Shown in pieces: positions 53,983 through 64,000 of a stretch of DNA of 64,000 bases. The position numbers were made by a program, and so were the translations under genes. Every line of letters starts with the position of its first letter. The first letter of the stretch is position 1. The stretch is from Tetramitus jugosus (taxonomy: Eukaryota; Protista; Heterolobosea): positions 248,001-312,000 of the forward strand of contig OW569374.1 of assembly GCA_937625935.1 (NCBI GenBank), in the 5' to 3' direction. The notes under the pieces are model-generated. The model saw nothing but the letters and a program-made list of their open reading frames with translations. It had not been told where the DNA came from and made no database searches.

Positions 53983-54834
53983 ATGTCATCAACAACAACA
54001 AAACGATCAATCGCTCGTGATCTCAACATCTCTGATATCAACACGAGTACGCGGTACAGAGACACTCATTCTTCTTCGGACCAAGAAAGTGGCGGAGATT
54101 CAAAAAAAAAGCGCGGGAGACCAAGCAAACAAAGCATTTTGAGTAAACATTTGAAAACATTGGTGGATTACATCAAGGAGAATGAGAAACCCATCACATT
54201 TAACAATCTAGTCAAAATCACAGAGGTGGACACTCAGTTGGACGACAAGAGTCTCCAGTCGTTGTTTCAAGACTTGAAAAACAATGCAAAAATGAGTTTT
54301 ACGTGGGATCGGAATCAGAACTCTGTAGAGGACGAATTGGAGAATGAAATGTTGCTCATGATGAAACAAGGCTTTTTCACCTATCAACCAACGCACAGTG
54401 TGCGCAACAAGAATGACATTAAGAATTTGTTGTTGAAAGAGTATTATTCCACTGGATTGGACTCAAAGGAACTAAAAGACAGTTATAAGAATGCGGAGGA
54501 AGATGTGAGAGAGCTCATTGCCAACAAGGAAGTCTATTCGGCCAAGAGCAGTGAAGGAAAGAGCTTCATTTTGTACTACAAGGATCCAACACTGTTGATG
54601 AATGTGGACAGGGATCTGATGGACATGTGGAACGAAGTGGGCAAGAAAATACCACAGCAGAACATTAATCTGGAGGGTGCTTTGAATCAGTGTGGACAGA
54701 AGCCGTTGGAAGCTGTCGAGTGGTTGAATGAACGAAAGAAGAAGGTTCAAGAGGACAATAAGAAGACCAAGAGGAAATCAAAGAGAAGAAAAATTACCAA
54801 CTCTCACTTGCCTAGTGCTGAGAATGTCAAATAA
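53983..54834 (+). CDS. GTF2E2: Transcription initiation factor TFIIE beta subunit
   Basis: LVDYIK..KPI, LKNN.K, YQPTHSVRNK..I..LL, GL..KELKDSY, ILYY.D, VD.DLMDMW and basic tail KITNSHL. Confidence 0.85.
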   Translation: MSSTTTKRSIARDLNISDINTSTRYRDTHSSSDQESGGDSKKKRGRPSKQSILSKHLKTLVDYIKENEKPITFNNLVKITEVDTQLDDKSLQSLFQDLKNNAKMSFTWDRNQNSVEDELENEMLLMMKQGFFTYQPTHSVRNKNDIKNLLLKEYYSTGLDSKELKDSYKNAEEDVRELIANKEVYSAKSSEGKSFILYYKDPTLLMNVDRDLMDMWNEVGKKIPQQNINLEGALNQCGQKPLEAVEWLNERKKKVQEDNKKTKRKSKRRKITNSHLPSAENVK

Positions 54835-55022
54835 AACATTCGTGTTTTGCAAGTTCAAACGAACTCGGTTTCACAATTTAGCGCCATTTTTCTTTTTCTC
54901 GTTGAACTGGAAAACAAAGTCTGATGATGACCGATTGGAGAGAGAGTTTACATTGCGATTTTATCCAAAGTGGCCATGCGCTCGGAGTGCACTTGCTTCA
55001 ACGAAATCAAGTCATTCTGTCC

Positions 55023-55367
55023 ATGTCATCAAATGATGATGATGACAAGAAGCAACACCAAGCAGCTGCTTTTCAAGTGAAGGACACAAATGGTTTCTTT
55101 GATTTGTTTCAAGTCAACCATCAACAGGATTTGACACGAATTTCAGTTCTAGAGACAAGCAAGGAACTGCCAAAGACGGTGGAGTTTATTATTGCATGTA
55201 GGCCGACTTTGAACAGCGTCATTGCACTATCGAAACAAAAGATTTATTCATTGTTGGTGTATCGGTTGCACTCTGAGCTCGTTTTATGTGTGTTCGTGAT
55301 GAAGAAACAACCGAATCAAATGAGAGAAACGTTGAAATTGGCAGAGAAATATGTTACAACAGTGTGA
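55023..55367 (+). CDS. Hypothetical protein (114 aa)
   Basis: ATG ORF filling the gap; unrecognised. Confidence 0.4.
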   Translation: MSSNDDDDKKQHQAAAFQVKDTNGFFDLFQVNHQQDLTRISVLETSKELPKTVEFIIACRPTLNSVIALSKQKIYSLLVYRLHSELVLCVFVMKKQPNQMRETLKLAEKYVTTV

Positions 55368-55434
55368 AGCACATTTGGAAGGCGACATTGAGAGCAAATA
55401 CTTCACAACTAGTAGTTGTTATCAACTAGAAAAA

Positions 55435-56395
55435 CTAGGAAGATTGAAGACATGCTTCGATTGCTTGTCGGAAGGAAGACAGTTGATTCATATAATTAGA
55501 GTAAGTTAAATTGGCAGCATGTGGTCTCTTAGTGCGTGATGTTGCTGCATCTAATGAGTGTTGTTGATCGTTAAAGATGGAATCGATTTTGGGAATGAGC
55601 AAAGTGCTAGCTATCTGTGGTTTGATCTCATATATTATCTTCAGAATGGACTCGTATAGCTTTTGAATGATTGATAGGGAAGTTTCTGTTTCATTTGTTT
55701 GGAGCAGTATTTTAAATTCGTAGTCCATGATTGCAACCAAGGATTGAATGATGATATCACTTTGACTAAGAATGTTAGTAATATTTCCCTCTTCGGCCAT
55801 TGAATGAACTGATCGATAAAAATGTAATTTGTGCATGTACATTGGATCGAGTTTTGAAGAATGTTTAGGCCAATTGTGTTGTTGTGAACTAGTACAGATG
55901 AATGTGTTTGTGAGTACGACATCCATAAATCTATCTTGATTACGTTTGTGTGTTATTCACATACATGTTTTTGAATATGAGGGAGGGTTGCTGTACATCC
56001 ATTGCTGTGTAGTCATGCATTGCCATCCTTGCAAGTCGTTTGACATTATGATAATCTCCTGATTCAATGCACTTTGGCATTTTTGTAATTATATTGGTCA
56101 TATATTGAGTCATATCATTCGAGTAATTGTTGCCCATGCAAAGTTTAGTCATGTTTGTATGGCTCTCGTATTCTACATATCCCCGTGCAACACTCAACCA
56201 CAGTTTATGATCCTTTACTTTTTGCCTCAATATGGCTATTTCTTGCTGAAGTTCATCCCTATAATGCAGTTGCTGATCCAATGTCTGTGCTTGACTGTCA
56301 TACTGCTCGATTCGCTCCCTGAGCTTCTCAATGTTCTCATCACAAAGACCCTTCTCATTCGAACTACTACTTTCCCTATCAATCTGACTCATCAC
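55435..56395 (-). CDS. Hypothetical coiled-coil protein; exons 56395-55965 and 55930-55435
   Basis: A 34-nt GTATGT..TAG intron joins the two ORF-track ORFs in frame. Confidence 0.6.
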
Positions 56396-56635
56396 TATTC
56401 TATTGATTTGTACATGATCAACAGAGTTCTGTCATCACCATAAATTTAGCAACTTCCGTCATCGTAGTTGCCAGACAGCGGACAAATCGGATCGGGATTT
56501 ATGTCAAATCCGTTACGAAATTCCCAACAATTTTTGTTCGTTCTATTGTTTCAGTAACCAGAAGTCTGACTCACTCGTTGTGCTCGTGATCGTAAGCAAA
56601 AAGGATTTCTTCTTTCAATTCATATCTCCTGGAAC

Positions 56636-58084
56636 ATGATTCAACTCCAAGCTTTGCCCAGTCCTATATTGGTGACTCGAAGAAGGCGAAGAAGAACAAA
56701 CTTTTCAACTTTGAACGCGATCGCTGCTGCTTCTCCTCATCAACAACGCTCTTCGACTCATAATTTGACATCTCCCGTCAGAGTGCACCCCGTAATCCTT
56801 AGATCACCTAGCCGTATCAAGACTCCAACTAAGTGCCTTCAATTTGAAGATAAGGAAAATTGTGCTCCACCTTCCTCTGTGACTCCAAGAAAGCTCATTA
56901 CATATACACCTCCGAGCAGCAAAAAAGTAAATCAAAAGAGTCGTAGTTTGACTCCACTTCAGAAGAGCCCAAGGGTATTGAGCCCTCGAGTTCGCAAAAC
57001 GGCCAAATCTGTTGTTGTCACTCCACCGAGAACAAGAAGAATTGGTGGCGCTGCTGGTAAACGAGGCAAAAGATCTCCTGTTCAAGCCGTTTCACTTGAG
57101 ATGGATGAGGAGGAGTTTGAAAGTTCGGATACTCGATTGACAAATATCTTTATGAAGCCTGGCAGGAAAGTTTCTGGTTCTCGGTTGGATTTGTGTGATG
57201 ACTGTGTTCAATATGTGACAAAGAGACACGAAGTGATTGAGATTTTGTTTACGAATATTAAGTTGGCATTTTATCAGTCTGCTGTGAACAATGATTCAAC
57301 AGTTTTGCTACAGTTTTGTTTGAATGAGCCTGTGACAATTGGACAAAAGGAACACTATCATTTCCAATTTTTTTCATCGGTGACCAGAACAACACAGAAA
57401 GCAGTCAACAAGAGATTTGCAACCTTTTTGAAGACATTTAAAGCCAGATCAAAGCTTGAAGTGGAAACGAGTGATAGAAGCATGGAGTTTAGTGCACTGT
57501 CTCATCGGTCTACTGCGTTATTTGCTCCCACTCAGAATTGCTTGGTCAGCTTCACAAATTATCCTTTCTTTGTTGCCCAATTGTCTGATGTTGAACTCAT
57601 TAGTCTCGATCGAGTTAGATCAGAGGGTAGCTTTGATATGGCAGTTGTTTCTAAGGATTATTCAAAACCTGTGGGCATGATTGAATCGATTCCCATGGAG
57701 TTTGTTGACTTGATTCGAAAGTGGTTGAAATCCAAGGACATTAAGTTCTTTGAAAGTCCATTTAACACAAACTGGAAAAAGTTGATGATGGAAATTGTCC
57801 AGAGCGAGGATTGGGATCCATGGGGTGATGAAGGATGGAACTACTTATTGGGACCTGATGAAGATGAAGAACAAGAGGTGGTCGATGATGAAGATGACGA
57901 AGACGATGAAGAGGACTACCGACCTGAGAGTGATGATGATGAATATTGTTCTGGTGGAGAGGAAGGAACACCAATCAAAAAGAAGAGCAAAAAGATACAG
58001 TCAGAAACTCCTTCCTCTTCCTGCAAACGCATGCGAACTCCTTCAAAGAGAATTGCCTCTCGTAAAGCACCCAGATATGAGTAG
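56636..58084 (+). CDS. Truncated SPT16 (FACT) paralogue: middle domain and acidic tail only
   Basis: LFTNIKLAFYQ, PTQNCLV....PFFV..L.DVE...L.RV, FDMAVV.KDY and NW..LM..I...D....GW.YL motifs, then an acidic tail. Confidence 0.85.
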   Translation: MIQLQALPSPILVTRRRRRRTNFSTLNAIAAASPHQQRSSTHNLTSPVRVHPVILRSPSRIKTPTKCLQFEDKENCAPPSSVTPRKLITYTPPSSKKVNQKSRSLTPLQKSPRVLSPRVRKTAKSVVVTPPRTRRIGGAAGKRGKRSPVQAVSLEMDEEEFESSDTRLTNIFMKPGRKVSGSRLDLCDDCVQYVTKRHEVIEILFTNIKLAFYQSAVNNDSTVLLQFCLNEPVTIGQKEHYHFQFFSSVTRTTQKAVNKRFATFLKTFKARSKLEVETSDRSMEFSALSHRSTALFAPTQNCLVSFTNYPFFVAQLSDVELISLDRVRSEGSFDMAVVSKDYSKPVGMIESIPMEFVDLIRKWLKSKDIKFFESPFNTNWKKLMMEIVQSEDWDPWGDEGWNYLLGPDEDEEQEVVDDEDDEDDEEDYRPESDDDEYCSGGEEGTPIKKKSKKIQSETPSSSCKRMRTPSKRIASRKAPRYE

Positions 58085-58403
58085 TTTGATTCCTCAAGCC
58101 TCTCATATCATAATATAATGTACGTTCGTGGGAAATAGTCTTTCCCACAACTTTTGTAAATTGACAAACTTGTATTCCTTGCATCAACAATCATCCCTCA
58201 CCTGGAACGGATGTCCGTTCTCTCTTTTTCGTCAACAGGAGAATTTTCGCACTTGGAGAACCACGTCAAATGTCTCTCCGGAGTAACAGAACAGGAGCTT
58301 TCAACTGTTGTTGGGCTTTAGGCAAAGACACCCAAAAACCAAAAACACCCAGAAGTCATTGTTCACTAAACAAACAAGCAAACAAACTGTTAAAAAAAGA
58401 CAA

Positions 58404-59711
58404 ATGCACGGAAATTTGTTGTTGAATCGTAAGGTATCGGATCCACCAAGGGTCAGAGGTCAAAGACCATCTGCCACTCCATTCACCAGAGAAGACTCGG
58501 CTCGATCCAAGTTCAATATTCTCGCATTGGACGGTGGTGGCATGAGAGGTATCATTGAATGTGCCATTGTTGAAGAAATTGAAAAAAGAACTGGGAAACG
58601 AGTGTTTGAACTGTTTGATTTGATTGTCGGTGTGTCGACGGGTGCGATTCTGGCCGTTGGTGCCATTTATCAGTCCAGCGCCACCCGGGGCAGAGAGTTG
58701 TACAAGGCGATTGGACCACAGGTGTTTGGAAAGAAAAAAATGCTGCAGGCGTTGACAAGAGACCACAAGGGCGTGTACAATAGTACGAAATTGAAGGAGG
58801 AGTTGACAGAGGAGTTTGGATCGTATAGCTTGATGGATCCGAGCTGTAAGAACCCTCGTGTCAAAGTGGGTGTCATCTCATCCGAGTTTATCACTTCAGG
58901 CAGTTACAAGGTTGTCATGTTCCGCAATTATGAGCCAAAGAGGCCAGATGCTGCATCGAGATTTAGTGATATTGGTGTGGTGGACTCCCTGATGGCATCG
59001 TCTGCTGCTCCACTGTACTTGGATGCTGCTGTCATAAAGGACACAATGTTTTTTGATGGTGGACTCATTACGAACAATCCAGCGCTCGAGGCACTGATGG
59101 AAGCAAGGCTTGTATTCGGTAAGCACAAACAATTCACATTGTTGAGTTTGGGAACGGGAACAATGACATCGAGTGTGCGTGGAGATGGTACTGATCTCTC
59201 TCCTGCGTCTCCATTGAGCAAAGCGAGTGCTTCCTCGCGATTTTTAAGTGTTTCGGATGAGGGCAAGGATCGAAAGAGAGCTCTATCCAATGGAACTACG
59301 AGTCGATTTAGCTTGTTCCGGTCATTAAAGGATGAGAACAATAATGGCGTGCCTGATAATCCTTTACTAGAGAATATTAAGAAGCTGGTAGATGCGATTG
59401 GTCAATCGGATCACTTGTGTGATACTGTTGAAAAATATATCGCATCGAGCTGCGATGATAATCAGGTTGAGTACTTTAGACTGAGCCCTCCTGGTTTGGG
59501 TAATTATGACCTGTCTGTCTCCGATCCAGAAGTGTTGGACACCATTTTCAAAAAGACACAGGACTATATCAAACAGAACCCTGATCTATTTGATCGACTT
59601 ATTAGAAGTATACTCAAGAGTAACTTTACTGAAAAAGAACTATCAAATGGTGATGAACCACCCTTGTATTATGAGAAGCCAACAGGTCCACCTCCTGCTT
59701 ACAGTCAATAG
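58404..59711 (+). CDS. Patatin-like phospholipase
   Basis: LDGGGMRG, GVSTG, ASSAAP.Y, DGG...NNP and LSLGTG motifs. Confidence 0.95.
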   Translation: MHGNLLLNRKVSDPPRVRGQRPSATPFTREDSARSKFNILALDGGGMRGIIECAIVEEIEKRTGKRVFELFDLIVGVSTGAILAVGAIYQSSATRGRELYKAIGPQVFGKKKMLQALTRDHKGVYNSTKLKEELTEEFGSYSLMDPSCKNPRVKVGVISSEFITSGSYKVVMFRNYEPKRPDAASRFSDIGVVDSLMASSAAPLYLDAAVIKDTMFFDGGLITNNPALEALMEARLVFGKHKQFTLLSLGTGTMTSSVRGDGTDLSPASPLSKASASSRFLSVSDEGKDRKRALSNGTTSRFSLFRSLKDENNNGVPDNPLLENIKKLVDAIGQSDHLCDTVEKYIASSCDDNQVEYFRLSPPGLGNYDLSVSDPEVLDTIFKKTQDYIKQNPDLFDRLIRSILKSNFTEKELSNGDEPPLYYEKPTGPPPAYSQ

Positions 59712-59751
59712 AAGCAATTTTATGACTGTAACTTGTAATAAAATAATTCCT

Positions 59752-62700
59752 TTACGCAATTCTTATTTGAGGCACATGTATCCTTTCTGTGTCATCCACT
59801 TGATCAGGTTCGATGATGCGGAAGTGATCTGATGGTTTATCGAGAGGAAGGACGCCAACAAATTCGCGTAGATGTACTGCTGTTGGTTCGGCATGACACT
59901 TGGCTTGTCTCTTCTTCAGCAAGAAGAATAGGACAACCAACATTAACGTTACGATGGCAAATACTGCACACAAACCTGCTGCACCAAATAGTACAGACAA
60001 AATGATAACTAATCTCGAATCACCACCCTTCTTACTATCTGCGACAGAGTTTGGTTGGTTGAAATACAGCATATTGTAAGCATCAAAAACCCTCTCGTCA
60101 GAAATGTCATGAAGCCGTCGAGCCCCTGTATGCGACAGTTTGGATTGGATATGAACATAGCAGAGAAGAGGAGCATCAGGTTTGACGAAGACTCGGAGGG
60201 GAGATGCACTGAAAGATAATCCTGCCTTCATGCTATCGTGCAAATCAACACGTAGTGGTGAGAAATTGCTTAGAGCGAAGGTAGAATTAACAACCAGCTG
60301 CTCCCAAACGGCCATTGAACTACTGGGCTTGGTACAACCCAAGAGACCGAGGCTAGGGTTATAAACAGGCATGGGTGCACCACTCTGGTTCATACAGCAG
60401 AGGAATGCGTTGTCAATAGAGATGTGAAGAGAATCCGGTAGAGGAAATCCATTTAGAGTGCTCGCAGAAACAACAAGATTTGGTCTATCTTTCGTAGAGA
60501 AAATGGCATCTGTTTCTTTTCCTTCCCTATAGAATGTTGTTGTAGTATAGATCCCCTCAATTATTGTTCCTGGAGGGAAAGGGACCTTGTAGCGAATATT
60601 CAAAGGAACATCTACTGTCACACTTTCTGAACCAAAATCTGAAACGAATAATCTGAACATGTATGTATCGGTATAGTCTTGAGCCACAAAATTAGATAGC
60701 ACTTCGACAGTATATTCCCGATCTTTAGAGGGTACCTTTGAGATAGAGAATGAGTTACCTGCATTGGGAAGAGATAAGATATCTTTGATTACCATTCCAT
60801 CCTCTAGAAGAATACTGAATCTCACGAATAATCTTCCATCTCGAGTAGTTACAAGTTCTTGTCTCATAATAATGCCCAGATCAGAATTTTCTATGGAGAC
60901 AAATGAGTAACTATCTCCACGGAACACCAGTTGCACTGTAAGAGTCAGTTGATAGTTCACAATTTGACATACTCCGAAATTCAACGAAGGATCCAAAACA
61001 TAGGCTATATTCACTGGAAATTTTGTATTCCAGACCAATCCATTAGGATCTAGCGATGTGATCGTGTGTTTATCAGATACAATGTCTGAGATGTTTCTTC
61101 TTATAGTAATGAACGTGTAACACGTTCCTTGAACGGTCTCAAATATCCAATTGTTCTCATAGAGGGTACTGCAATTATTAAACTCTGAAGAACTGGCAAG
61201 GATAGTAACACCTGGGATATAGATTGATTGAGGTATGTTCAATACTAACCCTAAAATGTCATCATCATAGGAGATGTAGTAGAACTCGGGCGACTCATAT
61301 GGGGATCGAAAACCACAGACATTCTCTTTAATGTCACAATATTCACCTACCCATCCTTCATTACATCTTAAACAGTAACTATCAGAGGTACATTTATCAC
61401 AGTTATAGAGACATCTTCTCTCACATTGAGGACCAAACCAGCCAGATCTACAAGACGTACAATTTGAAGTCGAATTCTGTTGACATATAGGGAAAGTACA
61501 AGTTGCACCATACCATCCTTCAACGCACTGTGTGCATGCATTTGGTCCAAGGCATTCTTCACAGTTCCAAGGACAAAAATCGTCACACATTGGGCCATAA
61601 AATTCACCTTCACACTTTGAACAATTGGAAGGTGAGCTACACGATTCGCAACCAGGAAAACATATCGGGATGTCACAATTACTGCCCAACCATCCCTCCT
61701 CACAAACTTCGCATGTACCACCTTCTGAACATTTTTCACAATTCAAGGGACACTCTACCGCACAGTTGATGCTCACACCATAGTATCCATCTGAGCACTT
61801 TGTACATAAGTAAGGGGTTGTGCAGTTGGCACAGTGAGTGGGACATATCGGATCACATTGAGGACCGCCATATCCTTCTCGACAAGCACATTTATCAAAA
61901 TCAATACACTGCCCATTTCTTGAGCAAACTGATGCGTTGCCACTAGATATTCCGAAGCAAGAGAACTCGTCACAATTAGAGCCGACCCATGGTGCTTCGC
62001 AAGTACACTTATTTGTTTCAGTACAGTTACCCCTGCCCGAGCAAACCATAGGATCAATATCCATCAAATTAGAGCACACTCTTCGTTCAATTCCATACAT
62101 CACAGTAGGTGCTAAAGTGTATTCCCTCTTATCTTGAGAGATTATGGTACTAGAAAACCTACCAACAGCAGAACCGAGAGCAACTCCTCTGCCAGTGTGC
62201 GTTGTAAAAACAATTGCACCTTCTGAATAGGACATTCTAACCACTCGTTCGTTGTCCCAAATGGTCGAGTTGACACGAACGGGATATGGACCAACATTTA
62301 TCGGACCCGTTGGTCCAAAGAAACCACCCATGTAGACAACACCATTACTATCCAAGAAATAAGAAAAATAACCACTAGCTACAACTTGAATGAGCTTTGC
62401 CTTGTTCATATCTGGACCTTTTTCTAACTTGACTGGAAGCAATTGAGGTATGAGTGAGTCAGGACGAAGCCCATAGTATCCGTTGACGATGAAACCAAAC
62501 CCATATAGATCATTATTTATCATGATGCAGATCGTTTGACTTGAGGCTGAATACGCAGTATTCGAACCACTACTGCAAGTCACAACATTTGACAAAATTG
62601 GTCTGTAGTCAGAAATGTTGGTATTCAAGATCCCCAAACCAAGAACACCATCCCGATCCAAACCCAGTCCATAAAGAGTGCCATTGCTGATTATGAACGA

Positions 62701-64000
62701 ATACTCTTCTTCTACAAGACCCCAAGTAATGGTTCCAAAGTCATCGATTTCTTTGTACCCATAAGTGCTGTTGTAAATACCTGCATTGATGCCCTGACTG
62801 TGAATGAAATTTCCCACAAGTATGTTATTAGTGTATGAAATACTAACGTAGTTTCCTACAAAATTCGATACACCTGAGGGAGTGAACGACGCGGGTGTGG
62901 GCTGTGTTGTTGTGTGAGTTCCATTTGGTATTTCTGAACCATAAGCAAATATCTTTGAATCCTCTGTAGTAAACATGGCGAATTTTGAACCTCCAGAAAC
63001 GGCCAGAGGAAGAAATAACTCAGAGGAAGAGAGAGAGCTTGATGACACGGCTGTTCCTGACATTGAGCCTGAAATAGAGACTGATCTAGAGCTTCTCTCA
63101 GTACAAGTTACTCCCTTCCACTCAGACTTGCATCGAAAACATGAATCACCTCCGTAGCAGAGATCACAGTTGGTCATACAAGAATATTGACATGCTACTC
63201 CATACTTTCCTGACTTGCATGTAGCGCATACACTAGGGGTAATGCAGGAAGAGCACGAAGATGGACAGATTGGTGTCTCACATCTCGTTCCATTCCAACC
63301 TTCCAGGCATGCACAAACATTAGGAGATGTGCATACTTGATGAAACCCAGAGCAATCGTTGCAATTTGGCGTGAGGCAGTTCAAGTTAGTATCACTCCAT
63401 CCAATCTCACATGATTCACACGATCCATCCATTGAACACGTTCTACAATTACCTGGACAAGAAAGAGCACAATCTTGTCCGTAGAATCCATCCTTGCAGA
63501 TACTGCAGATCCCTTTTGAACATGATAAACAACTCCCAATACAGCTTCTTTGTATTGAAAACAACGGAGAATCAACAATACTGTTTCCACCAAACAAAAA
63601 GCGCACAACGTAGTCCGAGGCTTCGGGGACTTGATGAATTTTCCATGAAACGGACGTATAAATCTTAACGAATCCGCTAGCTATGAAAACTATCGAATTT
63701 GGATATGTGGGGGACAATAGTCTGGCTTCGAATGAACTTGAACACGTATACAACTCGACGAACAAATACCCATTATCTAACACCACAGGCTTAGAGATGG
63801 AGACTCTTTCAGGTAGTAATAACCGATCTTGAATAATTGTAAGGTAACTTCCAATTCCAGGAGGGCCATAAGAATTGAGAAATTTGGGGTTTCCGTTATG
63901 ATAGTATCCAGATGCCTCAAGAGGTAAAGTGGTCACAAAATCGACATAGAAACATGCAGAGTAGTAACAATTGGACGCTGTCACAAATCTGGTATTGTAT
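59752..64000 (-). CDS. Large type I membrane protein with EGF/furin-like Cys repeats and an RCC1-like propeller region (5' end outside window)
   Basis: Many C..C...G.YG..C and CSGRGNC..C.C..PW.G..C repeats, LYGLG....G.LG.G segments, and a TM helix followed by KKR. Confidence 0.85.
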   Translation of the reverse strand, partial: YNTRFVTASNCYYSACFYVDFVTTLPLEASGYYHNGNPKFLNSYGPPGIGSYLTIIQDRLLLPERVSISKPVVLDNGYLFVELYTCSSSFEARLLSPTYPNSIVFIASGFVKIYTSVSWKIHQVPEASDYVVRFLFGGNSIVDSPLFSIQRSCIGSCLSCSKGICSICKDGFYGQDCALSCPGNCRTCSMDGSCESCEIGWSDTNLNCLTPNCNDCSGFHQVCTSPNVCACLEGWNGTRCETPICPSSCSSCITPSVCATCKSGKYGVACQYSCMTNCDLCYGGDSCFRCKSEWKGVTCTERSSRSVSISGSMSGTAVSSSSLSSSELFLPLAVSGGSKFAMFTTEDSKIFAYGSEIPNGTHTTTQPTPASFTPSGVSNFVGNYVSISYTNNILVGNFIHSQGINAGIYNSTYGYKEIDDFGTITWGLVEEEYSFIISNGTLYGLGLDRDGVLGLGILNTNISDYRPILSNVVTCSSGSNTAYSASSQTICIMINNDLYGFGFIVNGYYGLRPDSLIPQLLPVKLEKGPDMNKAKLIQVVASGYFSYFLDSNGVVYMGGFFGPTGPINVGPYPVRVNSTIWDNERVVRMSYSEGAIVFTTHTGRGVALGSAVGRFSSTIISQDKREYTLAPTVMYGIERRVCSNLMDIDPMVCSGRGNCTETNKCTCEAPWVGSNCDEFSCFGISSGNASVCSRNGQCIDFDKCACREGYGGPQCDPICPTHCANCTTPYLCTKCSDGYYGVSINCAVECPLNCEKCSEGGTCEVCEEGWLGSNCDIPICFPGCESCSSPSNCSKCEGEFYGPMCDDFCPWNCEECLGPNACTQCVEGWYGATCTFPICQQNSTSNCTSCRSGWFGPQCERRCLYNCDKCTSDSYCLRCNEGWVGEYCDIKENVCGFRSPYESPEFYYISYDDDILGLVLNIPQSIYIPGVTILASSSEFNNCSTLYENNWIFETVQGTCYTFITIRRNISDIVSDKHTITSLDPNGLVWNTKFPVNIAYVLDPSLNFGVCQIVNYQLTLTVQLVFRGDSYSFVSIENSDLGIIMRQELVTTRDGRLFVRFSILLEDGMVIKDILSLPNAGNSFSISKVPSKDREYTVEVLSNFVAQDYTDTYMFRLFVSDFGSESVTVDVPLNIRYKVPFPPGTIIEGIYTTTTFYREGKETDAIFSTKDRPNLVVSASTLNGFPLPDSLHISIDNAFLCCMNQSGAPMPVYNPSLGLLGCTKPSSSMAVWEQLVVNSTFALSNFSPLRVDLHDSMKAGLSFSASPLRVFVKPDAPLLCYVHIQSKLSHTGARRLHDISDERVFDAYNMLYFNQPNSVADSKKGGDSRLVIILSVLFGAAGLCAVFAIVTLMLVVLFFLLKKRQAKCHAEPTAVHLREFVGVLPLDKPSDHFRIIEPDQVDDTERIHVPQIRIA

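Overview
Gene-dense, intron-poor eukaryotic protist DNA using the standard genetic code, with many poly-Q/N/H/T trinucleotide tracts. The architecture and gene content suggest a heterolobosean or similar discobid, but this is inference only. The window holds about 38 protein genes, including WIP-like, Rab1-like, TDH, MOCS3/UBA4, uS17/RPS11, SUCLG1, SPTLC1, GT77 and GT8 glycosyltransferases, a divergent Mago nashi, a GYF protein, beta-tubulin, TMEM18, telomerase TERT, NUFIP1, lipin, an ACSF2-like synthetase, a nucleoside hydrolase, three tandem Cys-rich surface proteins, TFIIE-beta, a truncated SPT16 paralogue, a patatin and an EGF/RCC1 receptor. It also holds one tRNA-Asp(GTC). The main find is at 41345-44049, where three (possibly four) different non-LTR retrotransposon units are stacked head-to-tail just upstream of the tRNA, all pointing away from it. 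Each of the three clear units has its own AATAAA, a conserved 3' stem-loop, an A-tail and a 17-21 bp target-site duplication. Removing them reconstructs a single target with 5' junctions 43, 48 and 56 bp from the tRNA, resembling Dictyostelium TRE5 position-specific targeting. One unit encodes only an intact 2xRRM/coiled-coil ORF1-like protein, and the others carry divergent ORF2 3' ends.
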